Source: a virus. From it: a stretch of DNA of 64,000 bases. The notes under the pieces were generated by a model, which was given only the letters and a program-made list of their open reading frames with translations, was not told the origin of the DNA and ran no database searches. The stretch is taken from positions 1-64,000 of the IMG/VR virus record IMGVR_UViG_3300022930_000001; one strand, given 5' to 3'. This document shows, piece by piece, positions 1 through 9,668 of this stretch. Both the position numbers and the translations under genes were made by a program. The first letter of the stretch is position 1. Every line of letters starts with the position of its first letter.

Positions 1-555
1 TAATCAGTTCACCCACTTAGATGCGCACACATCTGGTGGGTTTTTTCTTTTAATACAATTCTGATTAACAAACTGCTAAAAGGGATCAGATAACCAAGCA
101 TTGTGCCACTGTAACTACAGACGCTATAGTGAATACTTTTAAATAACAGCTCTGTCGTTCTTAACTTATGACAACTGTTAGCCTAAGCTGTCGATATACT
201 GAGCATATGTAAGTTATGATGAGTTACAAATCTTTAGGGGGTAGGGGGTTTGTAACTTATTTTTACTTACCTACAATCTCAACCAAAGCATAAGTTCAGT
301 ATTTAAATCATTTATTATGTCAACGGCAGATGCTATTGGTAATATATTAGGAATAGTTATATTCTTTGGTATATTATCTTGTTTATTTGAAAGAAATACT
401 ACTAACTAATTGATTATCAATGTTTATTTGGTAATTTATTTGTATTTTGTATGTGTTTTAATGAGCCTGTATTCAATTCCACATATTACTCATTATTCAT
501 CTAAACTATAAAATTAGTTTAACATTAACCATCATATAGCTTAAACTACCTAATC

Positions 556-858
556 ATGATTATAAATGAACATTTACTAATACGTGCTAAAGATGCAGGA
601 AACGGATATCATGGCTACTGTAAACATTGTTCTCTATCATTTGTTACTGATTTAGGTTATTGTAGTTGGGATAATACTAAATGTATAGACAGAGAGATTA
701 CTAATTGGTTAGATTGTCCTGATAATGTAAGATCTTATGCTAGATTTAGAGGATTTATATTTAATACTACTACTAGACGATTTAGTAAAGCTTACTCTTC
801 TGAAGAATATACTATTAATCAATTTATTGATTTAGTTAATTCTATTATAATTGCCTAA
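556..858 (+). CDS. hypothetical protein (Cys-containing)
   Basis: ORF in a + strand run; no recognised family. Confidence 0.6.
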   Translation: MIINEHLLIRAKDAGNGYHGYCKHCSLSFVTDLGYCSWDNTKCIDREITNWLDCPDNVRSYARFRGFIFNTTTRRFSKAYSSEEYTINQFIDLVNSIIIA

Positions 859-898
859 ACAATAATTTTATTTTCTTAACTAATTAAACTTATATACT

Positions 899-1108
899 AT
901 GAAACGAATTGCTATTGTAATAAATCCTGAATCAGGTAGATTTGCAGATAAGATTACTAATAATGATCTTATTGAATTAAATAAATACCTATCTGAAGGA
1001 TGGAGCATTGAAAGAGAAACTATATTACCTTGTTCTACAGCTATGGCTAATGGTATAGGATATAAAGGATTATCTTCTGTTATATATGTATTAGTTAGTT
1101 CTAATTAA
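899..1108 (+). CDS. hypothetical protein
   Basis: ORF with A-rich leader. Confidence 0.6.
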   Translation: MKRIAIVINPESGRFADKITNNDLIELNKYLSEGWSIERETILPCSTAMANGIGYKGLSSVIYVLVSSN

Positions 1109-1153
1109 CCGCCTAACCTCATTTTTTTAAATTACTTTACTTATTATAATATT

Positions 1154-1480
1154 ATGGAAAAAATACAATGCTCTGCTATTTGGTATAAAGATTTACCTCT
1201 TAAAAAGCCTGAAGTATTAAAATTAAGAGGTTTTGCACCATATAATGTAGATAGAGGTATTGTATTTTGTGGTTGGAGACATATCAATTGCCTTTATCAA
1301 ATGGTAGCAATAACTGGTTTAAGACAATGTGAAGTTGGTGAAGAAATACAAGGTTTTCTTACTAATTTAAACAGATTTGTTGATAGAAAAGAAGGTTATT
1401 ATATAGCTCTTGAGGCTAAACAGATACTTAATCTAAATACTGTTACTGAAGAATTTCTATATTCTGAAGATCTTTATTAA
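1154..1480 (+). CDS. conserved phage hypothetical protein (..QGFLTN.NRFVDR.E..LYSEDLY type)
   Basis: Recognisable phage motifs G.RH, QGFLT..RFVDR and C-terminal LYSEDLY. Confidence 0.75.
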   Translation: MEKIQCSAIWYKDLPLKKPEVLKLRGFAPYNVDRGIVFCGWRHINCLYQMVAITGLRQCEVGEEIQGFLTNLNRFVDRKEGYYIALEAKQILNLNTVTEEFLYSEDLY

Positions 1481-1681
1481 ATGCAAAACTCAATTTTTAT
1501 GAAAAACACTATTTTAGGTATTATATTTGTATCTATTGTTATAGGTTCAATTATAATTATTATTGCAGGTACAATTATTTTATTTCACTAATATTTAAGA
1601 ACTATTATTATACAGAGGCAGAAGCCTAATCTATTTTAAAATTTACTATTACATAGCATTTGTATAAATTCATGGTTAAAA

Positions 1682-1767
1682 GCCTTAGTGGTGAAACTGG
1701 TAGACACGCAAGACTTAAAATCTTGTGAACAGAAATGTTCGTGAGGGTTCGATTCCCTTCTTTGGTA
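1682..1767 (+). tRNA. tRNA-Leu(UAA), imperfect acceptor stem
   Basis: D-arm GTGAAACTGGTAGACAC, anticodon arm CAAGA-CTTAAAA-TCTTG, long variable arm, T-loop TTCGATT; acceptor GCCTTAG/CTTTGGT has two U-U mismatches. Confidence 0.85.
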
Positions 1768-1800
1768 CAAATTATTATTAATCTAATTAAACTAATTATT

Positions 1801-2073
1801 ATGAATGCACTAACATTTGAAACAGTTACTAAAGAACAACAAAAAGAATTACAAAAAGTATATTCTATAATAGATGATCTTAGAAAGTTTGGAAATAAAG
1901 CAAATCTTTCATTATTTCAATATTTATTTGGAGAAAAAGAAGGTAAATATCAAATACAAGCTTTTAAACAAAATAATAATGTAATATATTGGTTACATCG
2001 TTTAACATCTGATCAAAAAGGTATTGTACTTGCAAATATTTACTATAATGAAACTTTATATAGTAATTGTTAA
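1801..2073 (+). CDS. hypothetical protein
   Basis: Start moved to ATG 1801 because the 1735 start overlaps the tRNA. Confidence 0.65.
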   Translation: MNALTFETVTKEQQKELQKVYSIIDDLRKFGNKANLSLFQYLFGEKEGKYQIQAFKQNNNVIYWLHRLTSDQKGIVLANIYYNETLYSNC

Positions 2074-2084
2074 AATTATAAATT

Positions 2085-2291
2085 ATGCAAATAATCATTA
2101 ATACATCTAAAGCTATTCCTGATAAAGATATAAATCATATAAAAGAAACACTTGGTAATGATGGTTGTACAGATATTGTTATAACTGAGCATTCTATTAG
2201 TGCCGAGCTAAATTTTGAAAATGATCCTCGCTTTACTAAGGCTGTTGATTTTTCATTATCTATGATGGAATTAGAATCTTATTACTCTTAA
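2085..2291 (+). CDS. hypothetical protein
   Basis: ORF with aaattATG leader. Confidence 0.6.
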   Translation: MQIIINTSKAIPDKDINHIKETLGNDGCTDIVITEHSISAELNFENDPRFTKAVDFSLSMMELESYYS

Positions 2292-2300
2292 TGAGTGCAT

Positions 2301-2607
2301 GAATATATAGTGAGGAGTAAATCGAAAGATAAACTAAAAGTATTTAGGTCGCTCCTAAAAAATCATTAGTAGGAATAGAAGGTGTATTAGCCATCGCTAC
2401 AAGACGTTGAAATTCGAGCGAATCTGAAAATGAGGATGTTATTGTATGTAATAGAAAGTTAAGAGCTTTTGATGGACATTATTTATTAGCATACTACTCC
2501 CTACTATATTCTTATCAGTTCTATAGAAATATAGGATCAGGCTACTACACACTATTTATCGTATAAAGGATGAATATGCAACATAGAGTAATCTAGAGTG
2601 TAGTAGT
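2301..2607 (+). ncRNA. putative structured non-coding RNA
   Basis: No ORF; closing stems GAATATATAGTGAGGAGTA/TACTCCCTACTATATTC and GCTACTACAC/GTGTAGTAGT; GNRA hairpin ATC-GAAA-GAT. Confidence 0.45.
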
Positions 2608-2662
2608 GCTTAAACTCTTTAAAAGCCTAAACTTAAATTTTATTTATTCTAAATCAACTAAT

Positions 2663-2869
2663 ATGAAAGATAAACAAGTTATAATATTAGTATCAATACA
2701 TACTAAATCAATACAAAGAGAAGAAGATTGGAACAATATTGCATTATTAACATTGATGGCAAAGGGTCTAATAAAGCAACAAAATAAAAATCCAGTATTA
2801 TATTCATTAACTAGTAAAGGTAGAAAGCTTTGTGATATAATATTATCTTTAGTTGATCTTGAAGATTAA
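2663..2869 (+). CDS. hypothetical protein, possible winged-helix (L.AKGLI...YSLT.KG)
   Basis: wHTH-like wing motif; ATG 2663 is the likely start. Confidence 0.5.
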   Translation: MKDKQVIILVSIHTKSIQREEDWNNIALLTLMAKGLIKQQNKNPVLYSLTSKGRKLCDIILSLVDLED

Positions 2870-2883
2870 TTTTATTTAAATTT

Positions 2884-2962
2884 AATAGAACTATTATAAA
2901 AGAATCTGTGTAAGGGCGTGCTCAATTTAGTTGAGCCATCAGTATTTTATAATAGTTCTATT
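2884..2962. other. 18-bp inverted repeat enclosing a small structured core
   Basis: AATAGAACTATTATAAAA/TTTTATAATAGTTCTATT around a GCTCAA..TTGAGC hairpin. Confidence 0.6.
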
Positions 2963-3028
2963 ATTTTTGTTATTGTAGGCTTAGGATGGATTTATTAAAA
3001 GCAAATACTCATTTTTAAATTTTAAATT

Positions 3029-3430
3029 ATGTCAGTTATTTATAGAGGCTTAAAGCCTGAAAGAAATTTTAGTACTGCCGATTTCTATAGTAAAGGTATA
3101 ATACTAACACAATATTTACGTTCTAAAACAGATTGGAATCGTAAGCATGGTATAAAACAATGGACAAGATTTGTTTTTATGGGTAATGGATTACAAGGTG
3201 TAATACGTCATTGTGGTAATACTTGGGCAGTTGATTATCGTAAAGATTGGCATACAGGTGATCATTGTTTAACTACAGAATGTAAAACTTTAAAAGAAGC
3301 TAAATCAATACTTTATACTTGGTTTGCTTCTGAAGGATTTCATAAAGCAAAATGTTTAGATTGGAAAGATCAATTACTATTTTTTCCTAAAGGTTATCAA
3401 ATAAAATTTAATCCTATTATTTATAGATAA
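3029..3430 (+). CDS. hypothetical protein
   Basis: 133-aa ORF with aaattATG leader. Confidence 0.65.
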   Translation: MSVIYRGLKPERNFSTADFYSKGIILTQYLRSKTDWNRKHGIKQWTRFVFMGNGLQGVIRHCGNTWAVDYRKDWHTGDHCLTTECKTLKEAKSILYTWFASEGFHKAKCLDWKDQLLFFPKGYQIKFNPIIYR

Positions 3431-3442
3431 ATATTTTAAATT

Positions 3443-3604
3443 ATGCAATGGTATAAAGAAGGTTATCAAGCATTTATTGATGGAATACTTAAAATAGAAA
3501 ATAATCCATATTTAAATGATATAATGGATACAAGAGCAGAAAATTGGAATCAAGGCTATAAAGAAGCTATGATCGATAAAGAATATTATATATTTCAAGC
3601 CTAA
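3443..3604 (+). CDS. ribosome modulation factor (Rmf/CrpP fold)-like small protein, 53 aa, absent from the ORF track
   Basis: MQWYKEGYQAFIDGILKIENNPYLNDIMDTRAENWNQGYKEAMIDKEYYIFQA fits the RMF pattern GYQA..G...PY...R..W..G..EAM.D. Confidence 0.6.
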   Translation: MQWYKEGYQAFIDGILKIENNPYLNDIMDTRAENWNQGYKEAMIDKEYYIFQA

Positions 3605-3728
3605 ATCAATTTTTATTTTATGATATTAATTATTATTATACTTATTATTTGTTATTATGGAGATAATACGGATGATGAATCTCTAGGCGCTTAACTTTTA
3701 TTTTTCAACTAAAAACAAATTATTTATT

Positions 3729-3878
3729 ATGATAGCAAATAGAGATCTTCGTAAAGAAAAATGTAAACAAGCACATACTATTCATAAGCCTAAAGCTGAA
3801 TTTTGGATGGTTGGAGGTAATCCAGAACAAATGGGTGCTTATATGATGCAAAAGAAAAATAAATGTAAAAAGAAATAA
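3729..3878 (+). CDS. small basic hypothetical protein (49 aa)
   Basis: MIANRDLRKEK...CKKK read by hand. Confidence 0.4.
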   Translation: MIANRDLRKEKCKQAHTIHKPKAEFWMVGGNPEQMGAYMMQKKNKCKKK

Positions 3879-3994
3879 TACTAAACCTATCCTCCGATAG
3901 CGAAGGGGTTGTTGGCAATATAACAAAGAGGCGAAAATCAATAGTATTATTTTTTAACTAAAACGTTAGCTCTACGATAATGAGCATCAGTATT

Positions 3995-4111
3995 ATGGTA
4001 GAGTATCAAGGTAAAATGTGGGAAATAGTATCTATGGAATGTGGAGATTGTATCATACGTAATCCTAATACAGGTGAAGAAAAGCGTGTTGCTATAAGCA
4101 AATTACAGTAA
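3995..4111 (+). CDS. small hypothetical protein (38 aa)
   Basis: MVEYQGKMWEIVSMECGDCIIRNPNTGEEKRVAISKLQ with attATG leader. Confidence 0.45.
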   Translation: MVEYQGKMWEIVSMECGDCIIRNPNTGEEKRVAISKLQ

Positions 4112-4320
4112 ACCAAGCTCTGGAGTGAGCATTTGATATTATGAATAAAGCAATTAAGACTAGTACGGGTAGTGGAACAGATGGTGGTAGAATAATACCA
4201 ATCAAATAGTTTGTATGTTATTTAGAATAGTCTGAAAGCCTATAGACATTGGATTGTACGGTAGTTTTCCTATTCTATTTTTAATTTTATATGCTAAACT
4301 TCAACTAAAATAAACAAACT

Positions 4321-4554
4321 ATGAAAATATGGTTATATTCTGATAAAGATGAAAATCATGAGCTTCTATTAGAAGCCTCAACTAAAGAACAAGCCATTTT
4401 AAAAGTTAATAAAGCTTTAATAAAAACTTGGGGTAAAAGAGGCTCTAAAAAGTATATTAAAGAAATACAAGATAATCCTAATTTAATAAAATTTATTAGT
4501 AAAAAAGAATTAAGAAATTTAGAAAAGAATTACGAAGCTTTAAAAGCAGAATAG
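4321..4554 (+). CDS. hypothetical protein
   Basis: ORF with caactaaaa leader. Confidence 0.6.
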   Translation: MKIWLYSDKDENHELLLEASTKEQAILKVNKALIKTWGKRGSKKYIKEIQDNPNLIKFISKKELRNLEKNYEALKAE

Positions 4555-4797
4555 TTGTAAATCTTTTAGTTTAGTGTAAGTGTGAAAAAAGAAGATAGAG
4601 TTGTATTTAAATAAATAGATACAACTCTATAATCTATGGTCACAAATTTAAAAACTTTAAAAACAAAAATCATTATGAAAACAAGAAACATTGTTATAAT
4701 TGCTACAATAATATTTGTAGGATTATTAGTATTTGCAGCAAAAAGTGCTTATGATAAGTATTCTGCTGAAATTTATTCACATGCAAAACCTTAAATT

Positions 4798-5091
4798 ATG
4801 AAAACATTACTTCTTATTTTAACACTGTTTGTAGGCTTAAATAGCTATGGACAAGTAAAGTGTACAGCAATAACCTTAAAAGGTAGCCAATGCACTAGAT
4901 ATGCCGTTAAAAACAATTTATGCAAACAACACTATAATGCTAGTGTAAATACGCATAAAATATTACCTAATCCAAAGGTAGATTTACCTGAAGAGTGGAT
5001 GACAATAGGCTCAGATAAATATAATCCTGAGCTAATCTATATCTGGAGAGATACAGTTAAAAATATTATTTATATACAATTTAGAAAATAG
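4798..5091 (+). CDS. signal-peptide protein with CCCH-type Cys/His motif
   Basis: MKTLLLILTLFVGLNSYG|Q signal followed by C..C..C..H. Confidence 0.55.
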   Translation: MKTLLLILTLFVGLNSYGQVKCTAITLKGSQCTRYAVKNNLCKQHYNASVNTHKILPNPKVDLPEEWMTIGSDKYNPELIYIWRDTVKNIIYIQFRK

Positions 5092-5365
5092 TATAAGTTA
5101 TTGAACTCTACACTAGTATCATTAAGTTGATAGTCTTCAGAATAACTATAGAAGTAATTACTTATGTATGCGAAATGAGGATTCAAGCCTGACAGCAATG
5201 TTTGGAGTTTATATTATTTGAGATAGCTTGATATACAATGAATAAGAGCGTGGGAGCATACTCCTTCTCATCATTAGACATCTCTAATTATTTAAGAATG
5301 TTATGCATACCAAGCATGGAATGCTTCAGAAGAACTGATAGAGCACTGTAAAAGCTCTACTAATG

Positions 5366-5452
5366 ACTCTCATGCTGAAATTTGGTAGACAGTCTAGACT
5401 TAAAATCTAGTGTTCTGTAAAGAACGTACGAGTTCGATTCTCGTTGGGAGTA
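5366..5452 (+). tRNA. tRNA-Leu(UAA)
   Basis: Acceptor ACTCTCA/TGGGAGT, anticodon arm CTAGA-CTTAAAA-TCTAG, variable arm GTTCT..AGAAC, T-arm ACGAG-TTCGATT-CTCGT. Confidence 0.92.
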
Positions 5453-5563
5453 CATTTAAATAAAGCAGGAATTTGAAACTCTGAAATGAGTGAATTGCAT
5501 CGACGGATGTTAGTTGAAGTACAAAACTAGTTCCTGCTATATTAATTTTATAATGATACTGTT

Positions 5564-5752
5564 ATGAGTAGATATCAATTGTTAACTTTTGCTAAACAAT
5601 TAGCTTTAAGAAGAAAAGAATTAGAAGAATTTGAAAAAGTTAAATGGCCTGAAGATGAAACTGGGTTTTGGCTTATTTATATAAGGCAAAAATTTAAAAT
5701 TATAAATCCATTTAAAACTAATTTTCCTTTGGATATATTTAAACGTAAATAA
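5564..5752 (+). CDS. hypothetical protein
   Basis: ORF only. Confidence 0.45.
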   Translation: MSRYQLLTFAKQLALRRKELEEFEKVKWPEDETGFWLIYIRQKFKIINPFKTNFPLDIFKRK

Positions 5753-5791
5753 TAATTATTAATTTCAACTAAAACAAAAAAAACTTAAATT

Positions 5792-6274
5792 ATGGAAAAT
5801 TTTACAGTTCTTGAACAACTTGATGATGATCGTTTTGTAATAGAAGTAACACCTATAAAACAACATATTCCTGATAGGCTTGTGATAGCTCATGACTATG
5901 TTGCGTTAACCTCTACAACAGGTGGTTATAGAAAAAATCCTATGGGTAAAGCGTTTAAAGGCCCAAATGCAATTTGTTCTAATGTTATTTCGCTAAGATC
6001 TACAGTGCAAATATCAATCCGTGATTTTGTACAGGTATGTTTACCAATATTAAATGCACATTCTTATTGTCAAGAAAAGCATCTTGCACTTAGAAATGCA
6101 GGTACTCTTGATGCATATTATGGTTATGCATCCTTTCCGGGTAAAATAGAATATTTTAAAGATAATGTTTTGATGGTTGCATTTCGTTGTGCAAAAGAGA
6201 ATGTATACAATCATGTTACTAAAGCATTCTATGAAGAATTTATAGTACCAAAACTTATAGCAGATAAAGCTTAA
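5792..6274 (+). CDS. hypothetical protein
   Basis: 160-aa ORF with A-rich leader. Confidence 0.7.
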   Translation: MENFTVLEQLDDDRFVIEVTPIKQHIPDRLVIAHDYVALTSTTGGYRKNPMGKAFKGPNAICSNVISLRSTVQISIRDFVQVCLPILNAHSYCQEKHLALRNAGTLDAYYGYASFPGKIEYFKDNVLMVAFRCAKENVYNHVTKAFYEEFIVPKLIADKA

Positions 6275-6497
6275 CATATTAAGAAGGAAACAATCTGGTG
6301 TTATAGAGTAGCACAGCTTAATATATTATTATTTTAACTTTATTTAACTAAAAAAGAATTTATGTACTGTCTAAGAGATTTAAGTCATTCTAATAGAAGA
6401 AAAGGATTAAAAGCTTTTATTACTATAGAGGCTTTTGATAGATTAAGTGCAGAAACTAAAATTTTATATAAACAAATTATTTAAAACAAACTTTAAC

Positions 6498-6677
6498 ATG
6501 AAAGGATTTATAATACTAATTTTAGTTGCAATAATATTTTTTTTGAGCACTAAAGATGCAATACAACCAATTAATATAAACTGGCATAATTTTATTATTT
6601 GGTTTTTTGCAGGAGCAGGAATAAGTAAAATTACAGAACTGCTTGAAGATATTCTAAATATTAATTCTAAAAAATAA
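6498..6677 (+). CDS. small membrane protein
   Basis: Two hydrophobic segments; ATG 6498. Confidence 0.55.
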   Translation: MKGFIILILVAIIFFLSTKDAIQPININWHNFIIWFFAGAGISKITELLEDILNINSKK

Positions 6678-6682
6678 ACAAA

Positions 6683-7186
6683 ATGAAAGAACTTAATTTT
6701 AATACAAAATCTTGGCATGGTTTATTGTGGTCAAGCACATGGGGTACTAATCTACCTAATAATATATGTGGTTATTTTTGGTCATTAGTATTGGCTATAT
6801 TAATATGCCCGTTTGCAATATTTGGTCATATACTAAATATGATACCTAAAAGAACTTTAGATGTATCAGATGGTGAAAATAATTGTAAAGCATTCTGGTG
6901 GGTATTTACAATACCAATACTTGTCATTATGTCTTTACCTTGGTGGGAACATGTAAAAAATCCTACATTATTTAAAATGCTTTTATTCGGTGCATTAGAT
7001 TTTATAATATTTGTATTGTTTTTATTTATTATTACAGGTATAGGCTATTTATTTGAACAATTAAAATATAAGTATTCCGATTATTTAATTGTTAATACAC
7101 CTAAGAAAATTAAAAAATCTAATCCGCTTATTGAAGGATTCAAAGCCTTCAAAGGAAAATATTGTTCACAAATAAAATGGAATTAA
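6683..7186 (+). CDS. membrane protein (3 predicted TM segments)
   Basis: Hydrophobic segments; C-terminal K.KYC..I.W. Confidence 0.7.
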   Translation: MKELNFNTKSWHGLLWSSTWGTNLPNNICGYFWSLVLAILICPFAIFGHILNMIPKRTLDVSDGENNCKAFWWVFTIPILVIMSLPWWEHVKNPTLFKMLLFGALDFIIFVLFLFIITGIGYLFEQLKYKYSDYLIVNTPKKIKKSNPLIEGFKAFKGKYCSQIKWN

Positions 7187-7377
7187 TGAAACAATATCAT
7201 ATTGTTTATAAACTTAACTCTGAAACAGATTTCTATTCACAAGGAAAGAACTATGAAACTAATATGGAAAATGAAGTTCAAGGAATTATAGATGTTTTGA
7301 ATAAATGGAAAGTAGAATATCCTTCTGCTGTTTATCCTAATAGAAAACTAATGGTTCTTTATCCTATAAATAATTAA
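7186..7377 (+). CDS. hypothetical protein
   Basis: TAATG overlap with the upstream gene. Confidence 0.55.
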   Translation: MKQYHIVYKLNSETDFYSQGKNYETNMENEVQGIIDVLNKWKVEYPSAVYPNRKLMVLYPINN

Positions 7378-7381
7378 TATT

Positions 7382-7519
7382 ATGTCTACAATAAAATTTG
7401 AACAGATGTATGCCAATGAACATCCTAAGCATGATGGTAATGCAGACATCATATTTGAAGAAGATGAAGAAATAGATTCTGAATTAGCGGAAGCTCTCAG
7501 AGATCTAGATTCTGAATAA
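7382..7519 (+). CDS. small acidic protein (45 aa)
   Basis: MSTIKFEQMY...EEDEEIDSELAEALRDLDSE read by hand. Confidence 0.5.
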   Translation: MSTIKFEQMYANEHPKHDGNADIIFEEDEEIDSELAEALRDLDSE

Positions 7520-7826
7520 AAATATTTAGTTTAGATACCGCTAAACTAATTGGCCTAAATATTATATTGTCTTATTAGACATCACATTTTAAAAGTACAA
7601 TCATGCTGTATAATAAAGGATCACCAAATAACGTCTAATGACGTTAAAATATATAGATTATATCAAAATAGAGTAGATAAATTAAATTTAGACCAAGGCG
7701 TGTCAGATCATTAGAAATAGTTAAAATTTAATTTATGTAGTTACTTATTATTCCTTTGCTATAGGCGAAGATGAGATTAAATGTGTAGAATACACAAAAA
7801 CTTAAACTAGAGAACGTAATTACTGT

Positions 7827-7862
7827 AAATAGCCTGACTTCAAAAATTGAGTCAGGCTATTT
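7827..7862 (+). terminator. intrinsic terminator-like hairpin
   Basis: AAATAGCCTGACT/AGTCAGGCTATTT. Confidence 0.6.
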
Positions 7863-7964
7863 ATTATCTTATCTCAAGGAAATGCTTGTGAATCAAATTA
7901 AAGATAAGAACAACTTTTTTAAAACAATTAAAAACTTAAAGTATAAAATTAAACTTACATTTTA

Positions 7965-7996
7965 TTTGGTAATTTGATGTAAGTTTAGTATTTTTG
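7965..7996 (+). promoter_or_regulatory. Bacteroidota primary-sigma promoter
   Basis: TTTG-N20-TATTTTTG directly upstream of the HNH gene. Confidence 0.6.
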
Positions 7997-8000
7997 CTTT

Positions 8001-8474
8001 ATGCAAGAAGAACAATGGAAACCAGTTATTGGTTATGAAGAATTTTGTAAAGTTAGTAACTTTGGAAAAATTAAATTATTAGAAAGAAAAGTTCCATGTG
8101 GATATGGTAATCAAAGAACTGTCAAAGAAGCGATAATAAAACAAGTGATATCTCATCAACATTACTGTAGAATATTTCTATGTTTAAATAGACATGTAAA
8201 AGCTTTTAGTGTTCATCGAATTGTTGCTGAAGCATTTATTCCTAATCCAGAGAATAAACCTGAAGTAAATCATAAAGATGGAGATCGACAAAATAATAAT
8301 GTTAATAATTTAGAATGGGTAACAAGACAAGAAAATATTGATCATGCTTGTTTATCAGGTTTTAGATGTCAAATTATTAATAATCAACTAACTTATCATG
8401 AAAAGAAAAAGATCAGAGAGGAATTAAAGAAAGTTTATAAAAAACTATTAAAAGATATTCTAAATGAAAAATAA
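8001..8474 (+). CDS. NUMOD4-HNH homing endonuclease
   Basis: [15 protein letters not shown] (NUMOD4); [22 protein letters not shown]...NLEW. Confidence 0.92.
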   Translation: MQEEQWKPVIGYEEFCKVSNFGKIKLLERKVPCGYGNQRTVKEAIIKQVISHQHYCRIFLCLNRHVKAFSVHRIVAEAFIPNPENKPEVNHKDGDRQNNNVNNLEWVTRQENIDHACLSGFRCQIINNQLTYHEKKKIREELKKVYKKLLKDILNEK

Positions 8475-8793
8475 AAACAATGAAGTTATAGTAACTTGGA
8501 ACGATGGTCAGCTAAACAAATTCGTTGCTAAATATCCAAATCTTATAGATGAGGTTGAAGAAGCTGCTAATGATAAATATCCAGGTAGAAATATTACTGA
8601 ACAGCATCAAAATAAGGCTTTCAAAGCTGGAGTTGAATGGTATAAGGAAAGGTCTGCTAATGAAGCTATTGAATTCAATGATTGGGCTTGTTTTGTAGCT
8701 AAAAGAAGAGATGAAAAGCATTGGATATACCAAGGAGAATTTATTACTACTAAAAAACTCTACGAACTATGGCAACAAAAAGTTGGAAAGTAG
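8464..8793 (+). CDS. hypothetical protein, paralog of 9308
   Basis: Shares A..KYP, KAF/Y..G, ER.S and T.++LyEL with 9308. Confidence 0.65.
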   Translation: MKNKNNEVIVTWNDGQLNKFVAKYPNLIDEVEEAANDKYPGRNITEQHQNKAFKAGVEWYKERSANEAIEFNDWACFVAKRRDEKHWIYQGEFITTKKLYELWQQKVGK

Positions 8794-8814
8794 ATAAAGT
8801 TTCCATATCTTTGT

Positions 8815-9321
8815 GTGATGAAAGAGATAAAACTAAGTGGTAAATTAGGTGAGGGTAAAGTTGCTCTTATTGATGATGTGTGGTTCGATGAACTAAGTAA
8901 GTATAAATGGAGTGCTGTTATCAAAGACAATTGTATATATGCAAGACGAAGCTGGGCTACAAATGAAAATGGTAAGCAAAAGTTTCATGCTACGCTTATG
9001 CACAGACTTATTATGGAAATTACTGATTCCAAGGTTTATGTAGACCACATAGATGGAGATGGTTTAAATAACCAATCAGTTAATTTAAGAATAGCGAATA
9101 GTAGTCAAAATGGTGCAAATAGAAGAGCAAAATCAAATGGTACTTCCAAATATTTAGGAGTTCACAAACACTACAATGGCTGGATGGCTCAATGTAGTAA
9201 GGATAACGAACAGCATCAGAAGTATTTTTCTAATGAAAAAGATGCAGCTTTATATTACAACACCAAAGCATTAGAGTTTCATGGTGAATTTGCCAAACTA
9301 AATATTATTGAAAATGAATGA
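8815..9321 (+). CDS. HNH-AP2 homing endonuclease
   Basis: MHRLIM..VDHIDGDGLNN...NLR; AP2 motif SKYLGV..AA..YN..A...HGEFA.LN. Confidence 0.92.
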   Translation: MMKEIKLSGKLGEGKVALIDDVWFDELSKYKWSAVIKDNCIYARRSWATNENGKQKFHATLMHRLIMEITDSKVYVDHIDGDGLNNQSVNLRIANSSQNGANRRAKSNGTSKYLGVHKHYNGWMAQCSKDNEQHQKYFSNEKDAALYYNTKALEFHGEFAKLNIIENE

Positions 9322-9649
9322 CAAAGTAATTCCTGCTGATATACAAGCAGATGCTAATACTAAATATCCTATCTGGGTAGTTAGAGGAGCAGAAATAGGA
9401 GATGGTACATATGATGCTAATCATACAGCACGTAAGGCTTATTATCAAGGGAGACTCGATGAAAGAGTGAAATCTAATAAAAATACTATTGGATTATTAC
9501 AATGGTTACTTAAACATGAATTCCAATCAAGCAATGTTAATAAAAATGAATGGTGGACATTGGAATTTAAAAGAAAAACATTTCCTAATCCCAATAAAGC
9601 ATTTTATACTTCTGAAGAATTATTAGAATTATATGAAAAAATGAAATAA
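9308..9649 (+). CDS. hypothetical protein, paralog of 8464
   Basis: Motifs shared with 8464. Confidence 0.65.
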   Translation: MKMNDKVIPADIQADANTKYPIWVVRGAEIGDGTYDANHTARKAYYQGRLDERVKSNKNTIGLLQWLLKHEFQSSNVNKNEWWTLEFKRKTFPNPNKAFYTSEELLELYEKMK

Positions 9650-9668
9650 CAATCTAAAATTTAAAATT

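Noticed and set aside
1735-1800. N-terminal extension of ORF 1735
   Set aside because: It overlaps the tRNA-Leu T-arm; ATG 1801 has the typical leader.
4160-4178. Sarcin-ricin-loop-like CTAGTACG...GGAAC
   Set aside because: It lacks the GAGA tetraloop and a convincing closing helix; an 8-nt match is within chance.
5183-5260. 16S-like snippets AAGCCTGA-CAGCAATG and GCGTGGGAGCA
   Set aside because: Short and gapped, and explained by local hairpins.
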